64,000 nucleotides of DNA from Syntrophorhabdaceae bacterium. Its GTDB lineage: Bacteria > Desulfobacterota > Syntrophorhabdia > Syntrophorhabdales > Syntrophorhabdaceae. Below the pieces are notes generated by a model. That model saw only the letters and a list, made by a program, of their open reading frames with translations, had not been told where the DNA came from and searched no databases. Of this stretch, positions 1 to 10,322 are shown piece by piece. The stretch covers positions 704,001 to 768,000 of the forward strand of contig OY762209.1 of the NCBI GenBank assembly GCA_963665295.1, read 5' to 3'. Each line of letters opens with the position of its first letter. Position 1 is the stretch's first letter. The position numbers and the translations under genes were made by a program.

Positions 1-1
1 G

Positions 2-697
2 GTGGAGTTTATCCAGTTCTCGCCCGTGGTGGAGCGTGGCGCCGACGCGTCGGGGATTGCAAAGGGTTTCAGGCTCGCAGGTCCGGCCGCTTTGAACGGA
101 GAGGAACAGATGACGGAGGTGACGCCGTGGTCCGTAACACCTTCGGAGTATGGCGATTTTCTTATTGATATCTACGAGGACTGGGTGCGTCACGACGTGG
201 GAGGCACCTTCGTGATGAACTTCGAGTGGGCCCTCAACGCGTGGATCGGCAACCCTTCGCCGGTCTGCGTCCATGGGGAAACCTGCGGCCGGTCGTTGAC
301 CATCGAGCACAACGGTGATGTCTATGCGTGCGATCACTGCGTCTACCCGCAATACAAGTTAGGCAACATCAGGACCCACAAACTGGCCCGGATGGCGGAA
401 AAGTCGGTCCGGACCGGGCTGGGAGCGGCCAAGAAGACCGCCCTGCCTGCGCGATGCAGGGAATGCGAGGTCCTCGCCGCCTGCCGGGGAGGATGTCCGA
501 AGCACCGGTTTGAAACGACTTATGACGGTGAGCCCGGTCTCCATTACCTTTGCGAGGGATACAAGAAGTTTTTCCTCCACATCCGGAAATACTGTCACGC
601 CATAACCCGGTTGCTTGAAAACGGGCTTCCCCCGTCCCGCATAATGGACGCTATGAAGGGACCTCTCGTGATCAGGAGGAAACAACATTGGAAATAA
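2..697 (+). CDS. Anaerobic sulfatase-maturating radical SAM/SPASM protein, C-terminal part (5' truncated by window)
   Basis: IQFSPVVE start; SPASM motifs C..GETCG, NGDVYACDH, CRECEVLAACRGGCPKHR, YLCEGY. Confidence 0.85.
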   Translation: MEFIQFSPVVERGADASGIAKGFRLAGPAALNGEEQMTEVTPWSVTPSEYGDFLIDIYEDWVRHDVGGTFVMNFEWALNAWIGNPSPVCVHGETCGRSLTIEHNGDVYACDHCVYPQYKLGNIRTHKLARMAEKSVRTGLGAAKKTALPARCRECEVLAACRGGCPKHRFETTYDGEPGLHYLCEGYKKFFLHIRKYCHAITRLLENGLPPSRIMDAMKGPLVIRRKQHWK

Positions 698-830
698 CGG
701 AAACCGCCGTGGGCCGGAAGATAAAGGAACGGAGGGACGCGGGCGGCATCGCGCTCTATGCAATCAGATACAGGTTTTAAAAGGAAAGGCATATATACCG
801 TACAACATCAAACCAAGGAGGAAAGGAACT

Positions 831-1502
831 ATGAAGCTCACAGCAAAAATGGTCGTGGTCATGGCGATAGGGCTTGCCCTGATGATAAGTGCGGGGTGCG
901 CATCGGGACCAAAGCATTCAGGGTTTCTCGGGGAATATACCCGGAACCTGCAACCCGGTCCCGAGGGCGGGGCGAAAGAGCTCTGGCTCAAGCCGGGCGT
1001 CAATTGGGCGAAGTACGATAAGCTGATGATCGACAGCGTTGTTTTCTTCGTTGCCGACGATTCGGAATACAAAGGTATCGATCCGCAATTCATGAAAGAG
1101 ATGGCGGATAAATTCAACCAGACCCTTATCGACACCCTGAAACCCAGCTACCCCATAGTCGGTGAGCCGGGACCCGATGTGGGCAGGATCCGTTTCGCCA
1201 TCACCGGTATCGAGCAAAGCAGGCCCGTTTTGAGCGGAATCACCACCATTGTTCCGGTAGGCCTTGCGATCAACGTGGTAAAGAGGGGCACGACAGGTAC
1301 GTGGACGGGCTCGGGTGCGACGAGCGCCGAGCTTATGGCGCTTGACTCAACGACCAACGACGTGATTGCGGTGGCGGCCGACCAGAAGTCGGCGGGCTTC
1401 ACCGAAAGGTTCACCAAATGGGGCTCGGCCGACGATGCTTTCAAGTTCTGGGCCGGAAGGATAAAGACGTTCCTGGATAGTTTTCGCCCGAATAAACAGT
1501 GA
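831..1502 (+). CDS. DUF3313-family lipoprotein
   Basis: Lipobox SAGC, SGFLGEY motif, RIRFAITG and AELMALDS blocks; RBS aaggaac upstream. Confidence 0.75.
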   Translation: MKLTAKMVVVMAIGLALMISAGCASGPKHSGFLGEYTRNLQPGPEGGAKELWLKPGVNWAKYDKLMIDSVVFFVADDSEYKGIDPQFMKEMADKFNQTLIDTLKPSYPIVGEPGPDVGRIRFAITGIEQSRPVLSGITTIVPVGLAINVVKRGTTGTWTGSGATSAELMALDSTTNDVIAVAADQKSAGFTERFTKWGSADDAFKFWAGRIKTFLDSFRPNKQ

Positions 1503-1762
1503 AAGGGGCCATGGAATATCCCATGCTGAAAAACCGGGAGGCGCGACACGAAGGAAGTGCGGAGGGCTCAATCCCTGTAAACAGGTAGCGGCCGGCGGAG
1601 AGTGCCGAAGACGCTCCGGGAGGGGGATTTTCCACCTCATGGTCTGCTGCGTAAAAAAAGCAATCTTGCGCTTTGCCGGGCCTTATGATACGCCTTTACA
1701 GAGCCGATAATACCCTGAACGTCCGGGCACGAAGGGTGCATCCGCAAGGGAGGGGAGAGAAC

Positions 1763-4700
1763 ATGACATATTTCACGAGAAAAAATCCGGGGATGATTAT
1801 GGGCGCATGGGCCGGCCTTTCCATCTTCCTTGTTTCGGCGTTCGCCTCCCCGTCTTTTGCCGCCCCCTACCAGGACACCATTGCCGAAGGGCGGGCCGCG
1901 GCAGCGGCGGTTATGGATTCCACCGGCGCCTCGTCTATCTCTTTGGCCCTTGTCGATGGGGAACAGGTGGTGTGGGCGGAGACCTTCGGCCTCGCAGACA
2001 GGGAGTCAAAGACCGCGCCCACCACGGACACCATGTACTGCATCGGCTCCACGAGCAAGCTGCTTGCCGCGGTGGCAGTCATCAAACTCGTGGACCAGAA
2101 GAAAGTGTCCCTTAACGCGCCCCTTACACGGTACATTCCATCCTTCTCCATGGCCGTTCCCGGATACCGCTACGGGCTTATCACCGTCAAGGACCTCCTG
2201 AACCACTCCGCAGGGTTCCCCGGCGGTGATTATCGCAACAGCGAGACCGCCTCCCCTGTGCCGGGCTATTCCGCCCAGGTGATGGAAACCCTCAAGGACC
2301 AGCGCCTGAAGCACCCGCCCGGCTTCATGAATGTCTACTGCAACGACTGTTTTACCCTGGTCGAACAGCTCGTCCTCGCCGTTACGGGCAAGACGTACGA
2401 CCGGTTCTTGGAGGACGATATTTTTGCCCCCCTCGGCATGACTCACAGCCGTTACCCCACCGATTACTTCACCGACGGCACCTTCGCGAACAGGTATTCC
2501 GGCGACACACGGCTTCCCCAGCTCTTTCTCAACGCCTTCGGTTCCGCAGGGCTCTATGCCACCCCCACGGATATGGCAAAGGTGGCCATGATGCTTATGA
2601 GAGAAGGCAAAATGGGCGGGACACAGTTCCTCTCAAAGGGCTCGGTCCGCCAGATGACCACGGACCAGACGACCTCGGATTTCAACCCCGTCAAGTCCTA
2701 TGGCTGGAGTTACGGCCTCGGCCTGGATGCGGTTCACCAGCCGGGATTGAAAGCAGTTCATAAACCGGGTTGGGCAAAAGCAGGGGATACCACCCTTTAC
2801 GCCTCGGAGATCATCCTCGTCCCCTCCGAAGGGTTGGCCGCAGTGGTCATGGGGGCTTCCGGCGCCTTCGGTTCGGATTCGGCCAAAATCATTGCCGAGA
2901 GGATATTACTTCGGGCCCTTGTGGAAAAGGGACGGATTCCGGCCATGCCCACGCCCTTAAGCCTCTCCCCCCTCCCGGTGAAGAAGCCCTCCGCAAGGCT
3001 CCTTGCAGCCATGAGCGGCTATTACGCGAGAAGCGGGGCCCTGTATAGGGTTGAGCCCGGGACGGACGACTCCCTTACCATCAGGGTATGGAACACGGGC
3101 GGGCAAGACTGGCAGGAATGGAAAAGCGCCCTCAAACTCCGTAACGACGGCCGCTTCGCGAGCGACGCCGACCCTGCCACCGCCTTTTCGTGCAAGACCG
3201 CAAAGGGGCGGCAGTACCTTGTGATGCGCTCCCTGCAGGGGTACAGCCATTACCAGGACGACTCCCTTTACGCCCAGAAGGTTGCAGGTGAAGGAGCCTT
3301 GCCCGCTCCATGGTCTGCCAGGATCGGACGCACATGGCTCATGACCAACGATAACCCCGAAGGCCCCCTCTGGAAGATCCCCGCCATGCGTTTGCGCACC
3401 GTGGATAACATGCTCTTCGCCGATTGTGTTCTGGGGTTCCAGGTCGTGGACCCCCATGTCAGCGACACACGGGCGGGTATGGTTCTCCTCATTCCCCAGG
3501 AGGCGGGCAGAGACCTTAACGACGTGGTTATCGACAGCAGGTCGGGAGAGGAATGGATACGCTACGGAAGCTACCTTTTCCGCCCTCTGGAGACGGTGAC
3601 AGCCTTGAGCGACGGGGACAACACGGTCACCATCGACGCGGACGGGCTTGCGCAGTGGCGCTCCCTCAACGTGGAAACATCGAAGAGACTGAATATCGTC
3701 ACGAACGGACGATGGCGGATCTACGACAGCGACCTCACGCAGGTAGACACGGGGGACGGCGCAAAGGCCGTGACCTTTGCCGCAGGCCGGTATTACCTGA
3801 TCTTTCACTCCGACGCCCTGGTCAGCCCTTCCGGCCTCACTGCGTTACAAACCATGATCGACAGGTCCGTGTCGGACGACGGCGTGCCCGGCGCCATCCT
3901 TGCCATCCGCAGGCCGGAGGGTACATGGGTAGGTGCGGCAGGAAAGGCGAGCCTCGCCTCGGGAGCGGCCATGACCCCCGACATGCAGGTCAGGCTTGCG
4001 AGCGTAACGAAATCCCTTACCTCCATCCTCGTCATGAAGCTCGTGGAGGCGAATATCCTGAGCCTCGACGACACGGTCGAGAAGTGGCTCCCCGGCCTCA
4101 TTCCGGACGGCTCCTTGATGACCGTGAAAATGCTCCTCTCCCACAAGGCGGGCGTCTACAATGTAACGGAGTTGACGCCTTTCTGGCTCAAGCTTCTTGA
4201 GAACCCCGGGAAAACCTGGGAGTCCTCCGAGATCCTGGACATGGTCCGCAGCCTGACCCCCAGGTTCACCCCGGGCACCGACTTTTCCTACACCAATACG
4301 GGCTACTATGTCCTGGGCATGATCGTGGAGGCGGCCACGGGAAAGACCCTGTCGGAAGAGAGTGAGAACCGGGTCTTCGCGCCTCACGGACTGACCCGGA
4401 CCCGCCTCGCCCGCAACGGTTTCATGGACGAGCCCCGAAGTCACGGACATACATGGCTGCCCACCACGGAGACAGTGGTGGACAACACGGACTGGAACCT
4501 GTCCTGGGACTGGACGGCAGGGGCCGCGGTTTCAACCGGCACGGACATGCTGAACCTCGCGACCGCCCTCTTTTCGGGCGCCATCGTAAGCCCGGTGACC
4601 CTGGAGCTTATGACCACGCCCTCAGAGCCGGGCGGGTACGGCCTGGGAATCGGCAAGACCACGGATACGAGCGTATTCAACGCCACTCTCATCGGCCACA

Positions 4701-4879
4701 CCGGTGAAAACCCCGGCACGGTGTCTTATTGGTATCACTTTCCGGACTATGATACGACCATATTCCTCGCCGTCAACAGGAGCGATACCAGGATCAGCGC
4801 AGAGACGAAGGTCCCGGTCGAGGCGAGCGTGATAGCCAGCCGTATTTTCAGGAACGCATGGGCCCTCGTCCGTCCCTGA
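1763..4879 (+). CDS. Secreted serine hydrolase with two beta-lactamase class C/AmpC-like domains
   Basis: Signal peptide; domain 1 GSTSK, LLNHSAG, YCN; domain 2 ASVTK, LLSHKAG, YTN, HTG; ATG 1763 follows gggaggggag. Confidence 0.85.
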   Translation: MTYFTRKNPGMIMGAWAGLSIFLVSAFASPSFAAPYQDTIAEGRAAAAAVMDSTGASSISLALVDGEQVVWAETFGLADRESKTAPTTDTMYCIGSTSKLLAAVAVIKLVDQKKVSLNAPLTRYIPSFSMAVPGYRYGLITVKDLLNHSAGFPGGDYRNSETASPVPGYSAQVMETLKDQRLKHPPGFMNVYCNDCFTLVEQLVLAVTGKTYDRFLEDDIFAPLGMTHSRYPTDYFTDGTFANRYSGDTRLPQLFLNAFGSAGLYATPTDMAKVAMMLMREGKMGGTQFLSKGSVRQMTTDQTTSDFNPVKSYGWSYGLGLDAVHQPGLKAVHKPGWAKAGDTTLYASEIILVPSEGLAAVVMGASGAFGSDSAKIIAERILLRALVEKGRIPAMPTPLSLSPLPVKKPSARLLAAMSGYYARSGALYRVEPGTDDSLTIRVWNTGGQDWQEWKSALKLRNDGRFASDADPATAFSCKTAKGRQYLVMRSLQGYSHYQDDSLYAQKVAGEGALPAPWSARIGRTWLMTNDNPEGPLWKIPAMRLRTVDNMLFADCVLGFQVVDPHVSDTRAGMVLLIPQEAGRDLNDVVIDSRSGEEWIRYGSYLFRPLETVTALSDGDNTVTIDADGLAQWRSLNVETSKRLNIVTNGRWRIYDSDLTQVDTGDGAKAVTFAAGRYYLIFHSDALVSPSGLTALQTMIDRSVSDDGVPGAILAIRRPEGTWVGAAGKASLASGAAMTPDMQVRLASVTKSLTSILVMKLVEANILSLDDTVEKWLPGLIPDGSLMTVKMLLSHKAGVYNVTELTPFWLKLLENPGKTWESSEILDMVRSLTPRFTPGTDFSYTNTGYYVLGMIVEAATGKTLSEESENRVFAPHGLTRTRLARNGFMDEPRSHGHTWLPTTETVVDNTDWNLSWDWTAGAAVSTGTDMLNLATALFSGAIVSPVTLELMTTPSEPGGYGLGIGKTTDTSVFNATLIGHTGENPGTVSYWYHFPDYDTTIFLAVNRSDTRISAETKVPVEASVIASRIFRNAWALVRP

Positions 4880-4922
4880 GGGTCCTTTTCTCCAGGGCGC
4901 GGCCTCTCCACCCGGGCAATCG

Positions 4923-5825
4923 TTACGTCTTCCCGGTCAAAGCGTGGGCGGGCATGGTCCTGTTTGATGACAGGGCGGCTCCCGCGTTGGTGATGGCGAT
5001 GATACCCGCAGCGACCTCGGCCGGGAAGGTGGCGACCGTTTTCGCGCACGCCCTCTCGGGACTCATGCCCGCGGCCATGAGGTCATAGACGGCCCTCGCC
5101 GTCATGCGCCTCACCATTTCTTCCCCGAGGCCCGTCACCCCTACCGCCCCTGCGGGACCTGCGTAGAACCCGCACCCTATCATGGCCGTGTCCCCCACCC
5201 TCCCGAGAAGCATGGGCGACGCCCCTCCCGTCGAGCTTGCCACGGCGAAGAAGCCTCTCCTGTCCATAGCAACCGCCCCCACGGTGTCGCAGAGAAAGGA
5301 ATCCCCAGGGACGGTATCGAAATTCCAGAGCTCTGCCGCATCATGACCCTTCCAGTGGGGGTATTCATCTTCCCATTGCCCTGCCCCCATGATCTTTCTG
5401 ATCCTCTCGTACCGGGAGCGCACCGCATCGGGAATGGGCCCCACGGCCTCGAAGCCCTCCTTTGCCGCGAAATTGGCCGCTCCCTTGCCCGAGAGGGCCA
5501 CATGGGGCGTGGTCGTGACCGCCCGCGCCACGAGAACGGGGTTTTTGATCCCCTCCATGGAGATTACTACGCCCACGTTCCCGCGGGAGTCCATCACCGC
5601 CGCATCCATTTCTCGGGTCACGCCGTCAAGACGGAGTACGGACCCCTTGCCCGCGTTAAATCTCCCGTCGTCCTCCATGATGCGGACCGCCCCGGTTACC
5701 GCGTCGAGGGCCGTGGCCCTGTCTTTGAGCATGGCAAACCCGAAGGCGCAGGCCCTCTCGCAGCCCTCCGTCAATATGTCCGGCGCGCCCGCGCCCCCAT
5801 GCACCACGATCCCATACTCTATCAT
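4923..5825 (-). CDS. Isoaspartyl peptidase/L-asparaginase (Ntn hydrolase)
   Basis: VHGGAG, FNAGKGS, EMDAAVM, DTVGAVA (nucleophile Thr), STGG, GRVGD, TGLGE. Confidence 0.9.
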   Translation of the reverse strand: MIEYGIVVHGGAGAPDILTEGCERACAFGFAMLKDRATALDAVTGAVRIMEDDGRFNAGKGSVLRLDGVTREMDAAVMDSRGNVGVVISMEGIKNPVLVARAVTTTPHVALSGKGAANFAAKEGFEAVGPIPDAVRSRYERIRKIMGAGQWEDEYPHWKGHDAAELWNFDTVPGDSFLCDTVGAVAMDRRGFFAVASSTGGASPMLLGRVGDTAMIGCGFYAGPAGAVGVTGLGEEMVRRMTARAVYDLMAAGMSPERACAKTVATFPAEVAAGIIAITNAGAALSSNRTMPAHALTGKT

Positions 5826-6157
5826 AGTCCCCTCCCTGTCGGTTGCCCGCGTGATATAAATGTTCTACATTCTCGCCGCATCCTTTTCAAGTGCTTCGGG
5901 GCGCGGACGCCGCGGTCCGCTCCGGTCCGGCGTCGGCGGATATTTTTCATTTTTTAAATTGCCTTTACATAATTCGAAGTATTTTTCAACCCTTCCCGCG
6001 GAGAAGTATGGGGGCGCATCGCTAATACGCGGAAATGGCTCACTATTCTTCCTCCGTATTCATGGCATATGATTTGCGAAGATATCAGTAAAAGCGGTTG
6101 CACCTGATTACCGGAAACCCCTTCAAAAAAGGGCATCTTTTCTTTTTGTGGTTGGCC

Positions 6158-7648
6158 ATGAGAATAAAGAATTCTGCCGAAGTGCAATACCTGGCGGACA
6201 CGGGAATAGAGAAGGGCTATTTCGCGTCCGGCGAGATCAACAGGCTTTTCCACCACGATATCTTTCCCTCTGAAGACACCTATGATCTGCTTTCCGAACC
6301 ACTCGACGTATCCGTAATAATGCGGGAGAAGGCTGATCTGCCCGAGGAGGGCTGGGACGAGCCCGGCAGGAATCCTCCCGATCAGCCGGATAACCTCATG
6401 TGGTCCTACCTGAAGGATATGGGGCGCCTATCGTGCCTTACCCTTGAAGAGGAGCGGGACATAGCGAAGAAGATAGAGGAACGGGAGAGGACGGCAAGGA
6501 ACATCCTCTTCGACCTGCCCCAGGCCGTCCATGAACTCGTCAAGATACGGTCCCGATTGGAAGAAGGGACCATGGACGCGGAAGATGTGGTCGATACCAT
6601 CGATACGGCGGACTGCACCCAGGAAGACAGGGAGAGGTTGACCGGGAAAGCTGTGGCCCTCATCGATACCATCGAAAATCTCCACCGCATGAAAGAGGAA
6701 ATGAGGGCCGCCCCCGTGGATGGGTTACAGGGGAAACGCCACGAGAACGCACTCCGGGCAATCGACCGTGAGGCGGAAGAGGCTTTCCTCAACCTCAGGC
6801 TGAGCAGAAAGATTTTCGATGTTATCATCGGGAGGATCGTGGAACGGATGAAATCCACGGAGCGGTCCGGGGCCGTCAGGGAGAGGTTGAAGGAGCTCAT
6901 AGAGATTGACAAGGAACTGAAACTTTTCAAGAACAGGCTCATTCAGGCAAACCTGAGACTCGTCATCAGCGTCGCCAAGAGGCACATAAACAAAGGGCTG
7001 TCACTTCTCGACCTTATTCAGGAGGGAAATATAGGCCTCATGCGGGCCGCGGATAAGTACGATTACCAGAAGGGTTGCAAGTTTTCCACCTATGCCACGT
7101 GGTGGATCAGGCTGGGCATGACCAGGGCGATTGCCGATAACACGCGGACCATCAGGATACCGGTCCACGTATATGAAACCATGAACAGGATAAGCAGGGT
7201 CCGTATGCTCCTCGTTCAGGAACTGGGGAGGGAGCCGAACCTCGTGGAGATTGCCCTGAAGACCGGCCTTCCCGTGGAGAAAGTCAGGAACACCATAAAA
7301 ATCTCCCATGATACGGCAAGGACGGTGTCCATTGAAACGCCGGTCGGCGATGAAGAGTCCACCCTCGCCGACTTTATCGCGGATTCTGAAGCCCCCTCTC
7401 CTTTTATGGAACTCGCGGGCCGGTGTCTCAGGGAAGAGGTGAAGAAGGTCTTGTCCACCCTTACCCCGAAAGAGGAAAAGATCATAAGGATGAGGCTCGG
7501 CATAGGCGAAAACACCGACCATACCCTGGAGGAGGTGGGCGATATCTTCGGACTTACCCGCGAGCGAATCCGTCAGATCGAGGTCAAGGCCCTGAAGAAG
7601 TTGAAACACCCCTCGAGGAAGTCGCTGCTGGAAAGCTTTCAGTACTGA
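6158..7648 (+). CDS. Sigma-70 family factor, RpoD-like paralogue
   Basis: Region 1.2 YLKDMG..LTLEEE, region 2 ANLRLVISVAK/DLIQEGNIGL/KFSTYATWWIR, RTIRIPVH, region 4 TLEEVG..TRERIRQIE; start codon uncertain. Confidence 0.9.
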   Translation: MRIKNSAEVQYLADTGIEKGYFASGEINRLFHHDIFPSEDTYDLLSEPLDVSVIMREKADLPEEGWDEPGRNPPDQPDNLMWSYLKDMGRLSCLTLEEERDIAKKIEERERTARNILFDLPQAVHELVKIRSRLEEGTMDAEDVVDTIDTADCTQEDRERLTGKAVALIDTIENLHRMKEEMRAAPVDGLQGKRHENALRAIDREAEEAFLNLRLSRKIFDVIIGRIVERMKSTERSGAVRERLKELIEIDKELKLFKNRLIQANLRLVISVAKRHINKGLSLLDLIQEGNIGLMRAADKYDYQKGCKFSTYATWWIRLGMTRAIADNTRTIRIPVHVYETMNRISRVRMLLVQELGREPNLVEIALKTGLPVEKVRNTIKISHDTARTVSIETPVGDEESTLADFIADSEAPSPFMELAGRCLREEVKKVLSTLTPKEEKIIRMRLGIGENTDHTLEEVGDIFGLTRERIRQIEVKALKKLKHPSRKSLLESFQY

Positions 7649-7853
7649 GTACCCCCAAACCGCCCCGGACACCATGCCTTATAGACCCCTCCCCCCGGGG
7701 CCGACGGTGACCGGCCGGGGAAGTTTTTCCTTGAAATAAGGCCGGAATTGATGGAAAATGGATGAAGGGCGCGAAGACGGGAAAAGGGGTCCCTTGCGGA
7801 AGACCGTTCGCAGGAATGGGGCCCGGTCGCCGATCTATGAGCACGGAGGTGTT

Positions 7854-8090
7854 ATGGACATATTTATCGAGTACTGCATGTCGTGAAATTTCCTTCCCCA
7901 GGCTTCCCGGGTGGAAGCCGAAGTAAAAGCAAAATATCCCCAGTCGAATATCAAACTGATGGAGAGCAGCGGCGGCGTCTTCGACGTGAAATGTGACGGC
8001 ACGCTGATCTACTCCAAACACCGGATCGAAGGGCACCGTTTCCCCGTGGAAGGTGAGATTACGGAGTTGATCGAAGGGAACAAAGGCTGA
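7854..8090 (+). CDS. SelW/SelT/SelH (Rdx family) selenoprotein, CxxU motif; missed by ORF track
   Basis: RBS ggaggt; translation MDIFIEYCMS-UGA(7884-7886)-NFLPQASRV...SSGGVFDVKCDGTLIYSK...RFP; frame stays open to TGA 8088; hairpin after the UGA; selA present in window. Confidence 0.88.
7901..7919 (+). promoter_or_regulatory. Putative bacterial SECIS hairpin
   Basis: ggcttcc-cgggt-ggaagcc, a perfect 7-bp stem with a G-containing loop starting 15 nt after the in-frame UGA. Confidence 0.65.
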
Positions 8091-9185
8091 CGCTTCAGGT
8101 AAGGGTGCAAGAAGAGGAGAAGAAGGGAGGACGGTTCAGTAACGCCGAGGGCCTGTCTCTCCTTTTGAACAACGGCCTCGGTCCGTTTTGGTCCGTAATG
8201 TCCCTCAAGAAGATGAGCGTCCGGTAGCCTTAGGGTTGTAAAGCCTCACCTGTTGAGGAGAGTTCCCGCGACATCGGGATTGAGAGCGGCGCTTTATTGA
8301 ATCCGGCCTCTCATGAGTGTTAAATCTCATGCCAACATTCCGTCGCTCTCGCGGCGTTTCACTTCGTTCCTCATACCCATGTGCGAAAAATAGTATAACC
8401 AGAGAACGTTTGCCTTGAAATGAGCGTCAAAGTAAGTGAAAATAGTCCAAAGGGTTGAAAACAGGTTAAATGCGGAAATATGTCCGTGGGAAGAAAACTC
8501 CGCCGCGGCGACGGGGCATATTGATGGGGTAGATATTGAGGCGTGTAGAATTGACTTTGTTCCTTATCGCGGCATTCCGACAAACGATAATCCAGACTTT
8601 TCTCCGGTTAAGGAACCTTCGGACCCAGGCCTCCGTGGAGGAGAAATCCGACAGGACATTATTCACACGTTCCGACCCGGCATCTTATGGCCTGAGGCGG
8701 GCCGCCGCATTATCAATTCACAAACAAAACAGAAGGGGGTGATGAAGCCGTTTCGAAGCGGTCTCGCATGAGGCCTGTTTGCAACGCGATGAGAAGACGA
8801 AGAATGAGAGCCGACCGAGGCATCGTCCAAAACCATATGGCGAAATATCGCCGGGGCGCACCCGGCCAGCCGACAGTATTGTGCAATACTTAAACAAAAT
8901 GGTTTTTCTTTCAAGGAGGTGTTAATGAAGAAGTGTTTACTCATAGCATTATTGACGGCAGTGTGTGTTGGGGCCATACTGACTTCAAGCGCTCAAGCGG
9001 GCAGGTTCTACTGGGACGCGTTTCCACCATGGCCAGCCTGCTGGGATACGAGCCTTAACCTTAAGGGTGTCACTTACGGCAACGGCCGGTACGTGGCTGT
9101 TGGGGAGATTGGCGCCACCTCTTGCGACATCGAAACCTCCCTAGACGGGATAACATGGACACAAAGGACGTGTCCTACCGGCCCA

Positions 9186-10268
9186 CTAGTGTAGTGTCTC
9201 AGTAACGCCTTTACAGCGATTCACTTTTTCAAGTATCTCCTCGGCCTTCCTGGTCCATACGAAGGGTTTGGGGTCTTCGTTGTTGCAGCGAATATATTCT
9301 TCGATGGCGGTCACCAGTTCCTGAACGCTTTTGAAGATGCCGCGACGAATTCTCTTTCGTGTGATCTCCCCGAACCAGCGCTCCACCAGGTTAAGCCACG
9401 ACGAGCTTGTGGGTGTAAAGTGGGGAACGAAACGGGGGTGTTTTTCGAGCCATGCTTTCACATTGGGGTGGGTATGAGTTCCGTAGTTGTCGAGAATCAT
9501 ATGGACATCGAGGCCCTTTGGCACCTGACGGTCTATGGTACGCAGGAACTTAAGAAATTCGGTATTTCTGTGGCGGGGATAGCAGGAGCCTATGACTTTT
9601 CCTTCCAGAACATTGAGGGCGGCAAAAAGACAGGTAGTGCCGTTCCTTTTGTAGTCGTGGGTCATCGTGCCGCAGCGCCCCTTCTTCATCGGTAATCCCG
9701 GCTGGGTCCGGTCCAGGGCCTGCACCTGGCTTTTCTCATCCACACAGAGTACCACCGCTTTGTCGGGAGGATTGAGATAGACGCCCACCACATCGGTCAG
9801 TTTCTCCACGAACTTCTTGTCTCTGGACAGCTTGAAAGTTTCTACCCGATGGGGCTGTAGTCCATGGGCATCCCAGATGCGCTGCACGGTGGCATGGCTC
9901 ACGCCCTTCTCCTTTGCCATGGTGCGGGTGGACCACTGAGTAGCATCTTTGGGAGTTGTATGGAGCGTGGCTTCCACGATGGTGCGCACTATCTCCGGGT
10001 TAAGGCGCCTTGAACTCGGCCCATGGGGTGCGTCCTCCGACAAACCGGAGGGGCCCTGTTCTCTGAAGCGGCCTACCCACAATATCACCGTAGGGCGGGA
10101 GGTATTGAGCCTCTTCGCTATGGCGTTATGGGACATCCCTTCTGCCGCGAGCAGGCAGATGCGGGAGCGTAGAACCACCCTTTGGGGAGTCTTCTTTGCT
10201 TTGACCCATGTTTCCAATGTCTTTCTCTGCTCTTCCGTCATGTCTAGCGTACTGGCTGGATTCCACAT
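9186..10268 (-). CDS. IS630 transposase
   Basis: HTH region, VDEKSQVQAL, HDYKRNGT, ILDNYGTH, SSWLNLVERWF; stop codon supplied by the target CTAG. Confidence 0.95.
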   Translation of the reverse strand: MWNPASTLDMTEEQRKTLETWVKAKKTPQRVVLRSRICLLAAEGMSHNAIAKRLNTSRPTVILWVGRFREQGPSGLSEDAPHGPSSRRLNPEIVRTIVEATLHTTPKDATQWSTRTMAKEKGVSHATVQRIWDAHGLQPHRVETFKLSRDKKFVEKLTDVVGVYLNPPDKAVVLCVDEKSQVQALDRTQPGLPMKKGRCGTMTHDYKRNGTTCLFAALNVLEGKVIGSCYPRHRNTEFLKFLRTIDRQVPKGLDVHMILDNYGTHTHPNVKAWLEKHPRFVPHFTPTSSSWLNLVERWFGEITRKRIRRGIFKSVQELVTAIEEYIRCNNEDPKPFVWTRKAEEILEKVNRCKGVTETLH

Positions 10269-10322
10269 GCACTATGATAGCATAGCCAAGGGTAATTGTA
10301 AAGCTATTAGTGAGACAGTACA
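9190..10322 (-). mobile_element. IS630-family element
   Basis: IRs tgtagtgtctca / tgagacagtaca; CTAG at 9186-9189 and 10323-10326. Confidence 0.92.

Noticed and set aside
8227..8244. gccttagggttgtaaagc resembles a 16S rRNA segment
   Set aside because: Only 18 nt, and the flanks do not continue as rRNA
8207..8366. Retron msr/msd-like look (ccttag, attgaatc, long hairpin)
   Set aside because: No reverse transcriptase in the window and no clean a1/a2 repeat next to the candidate branching G
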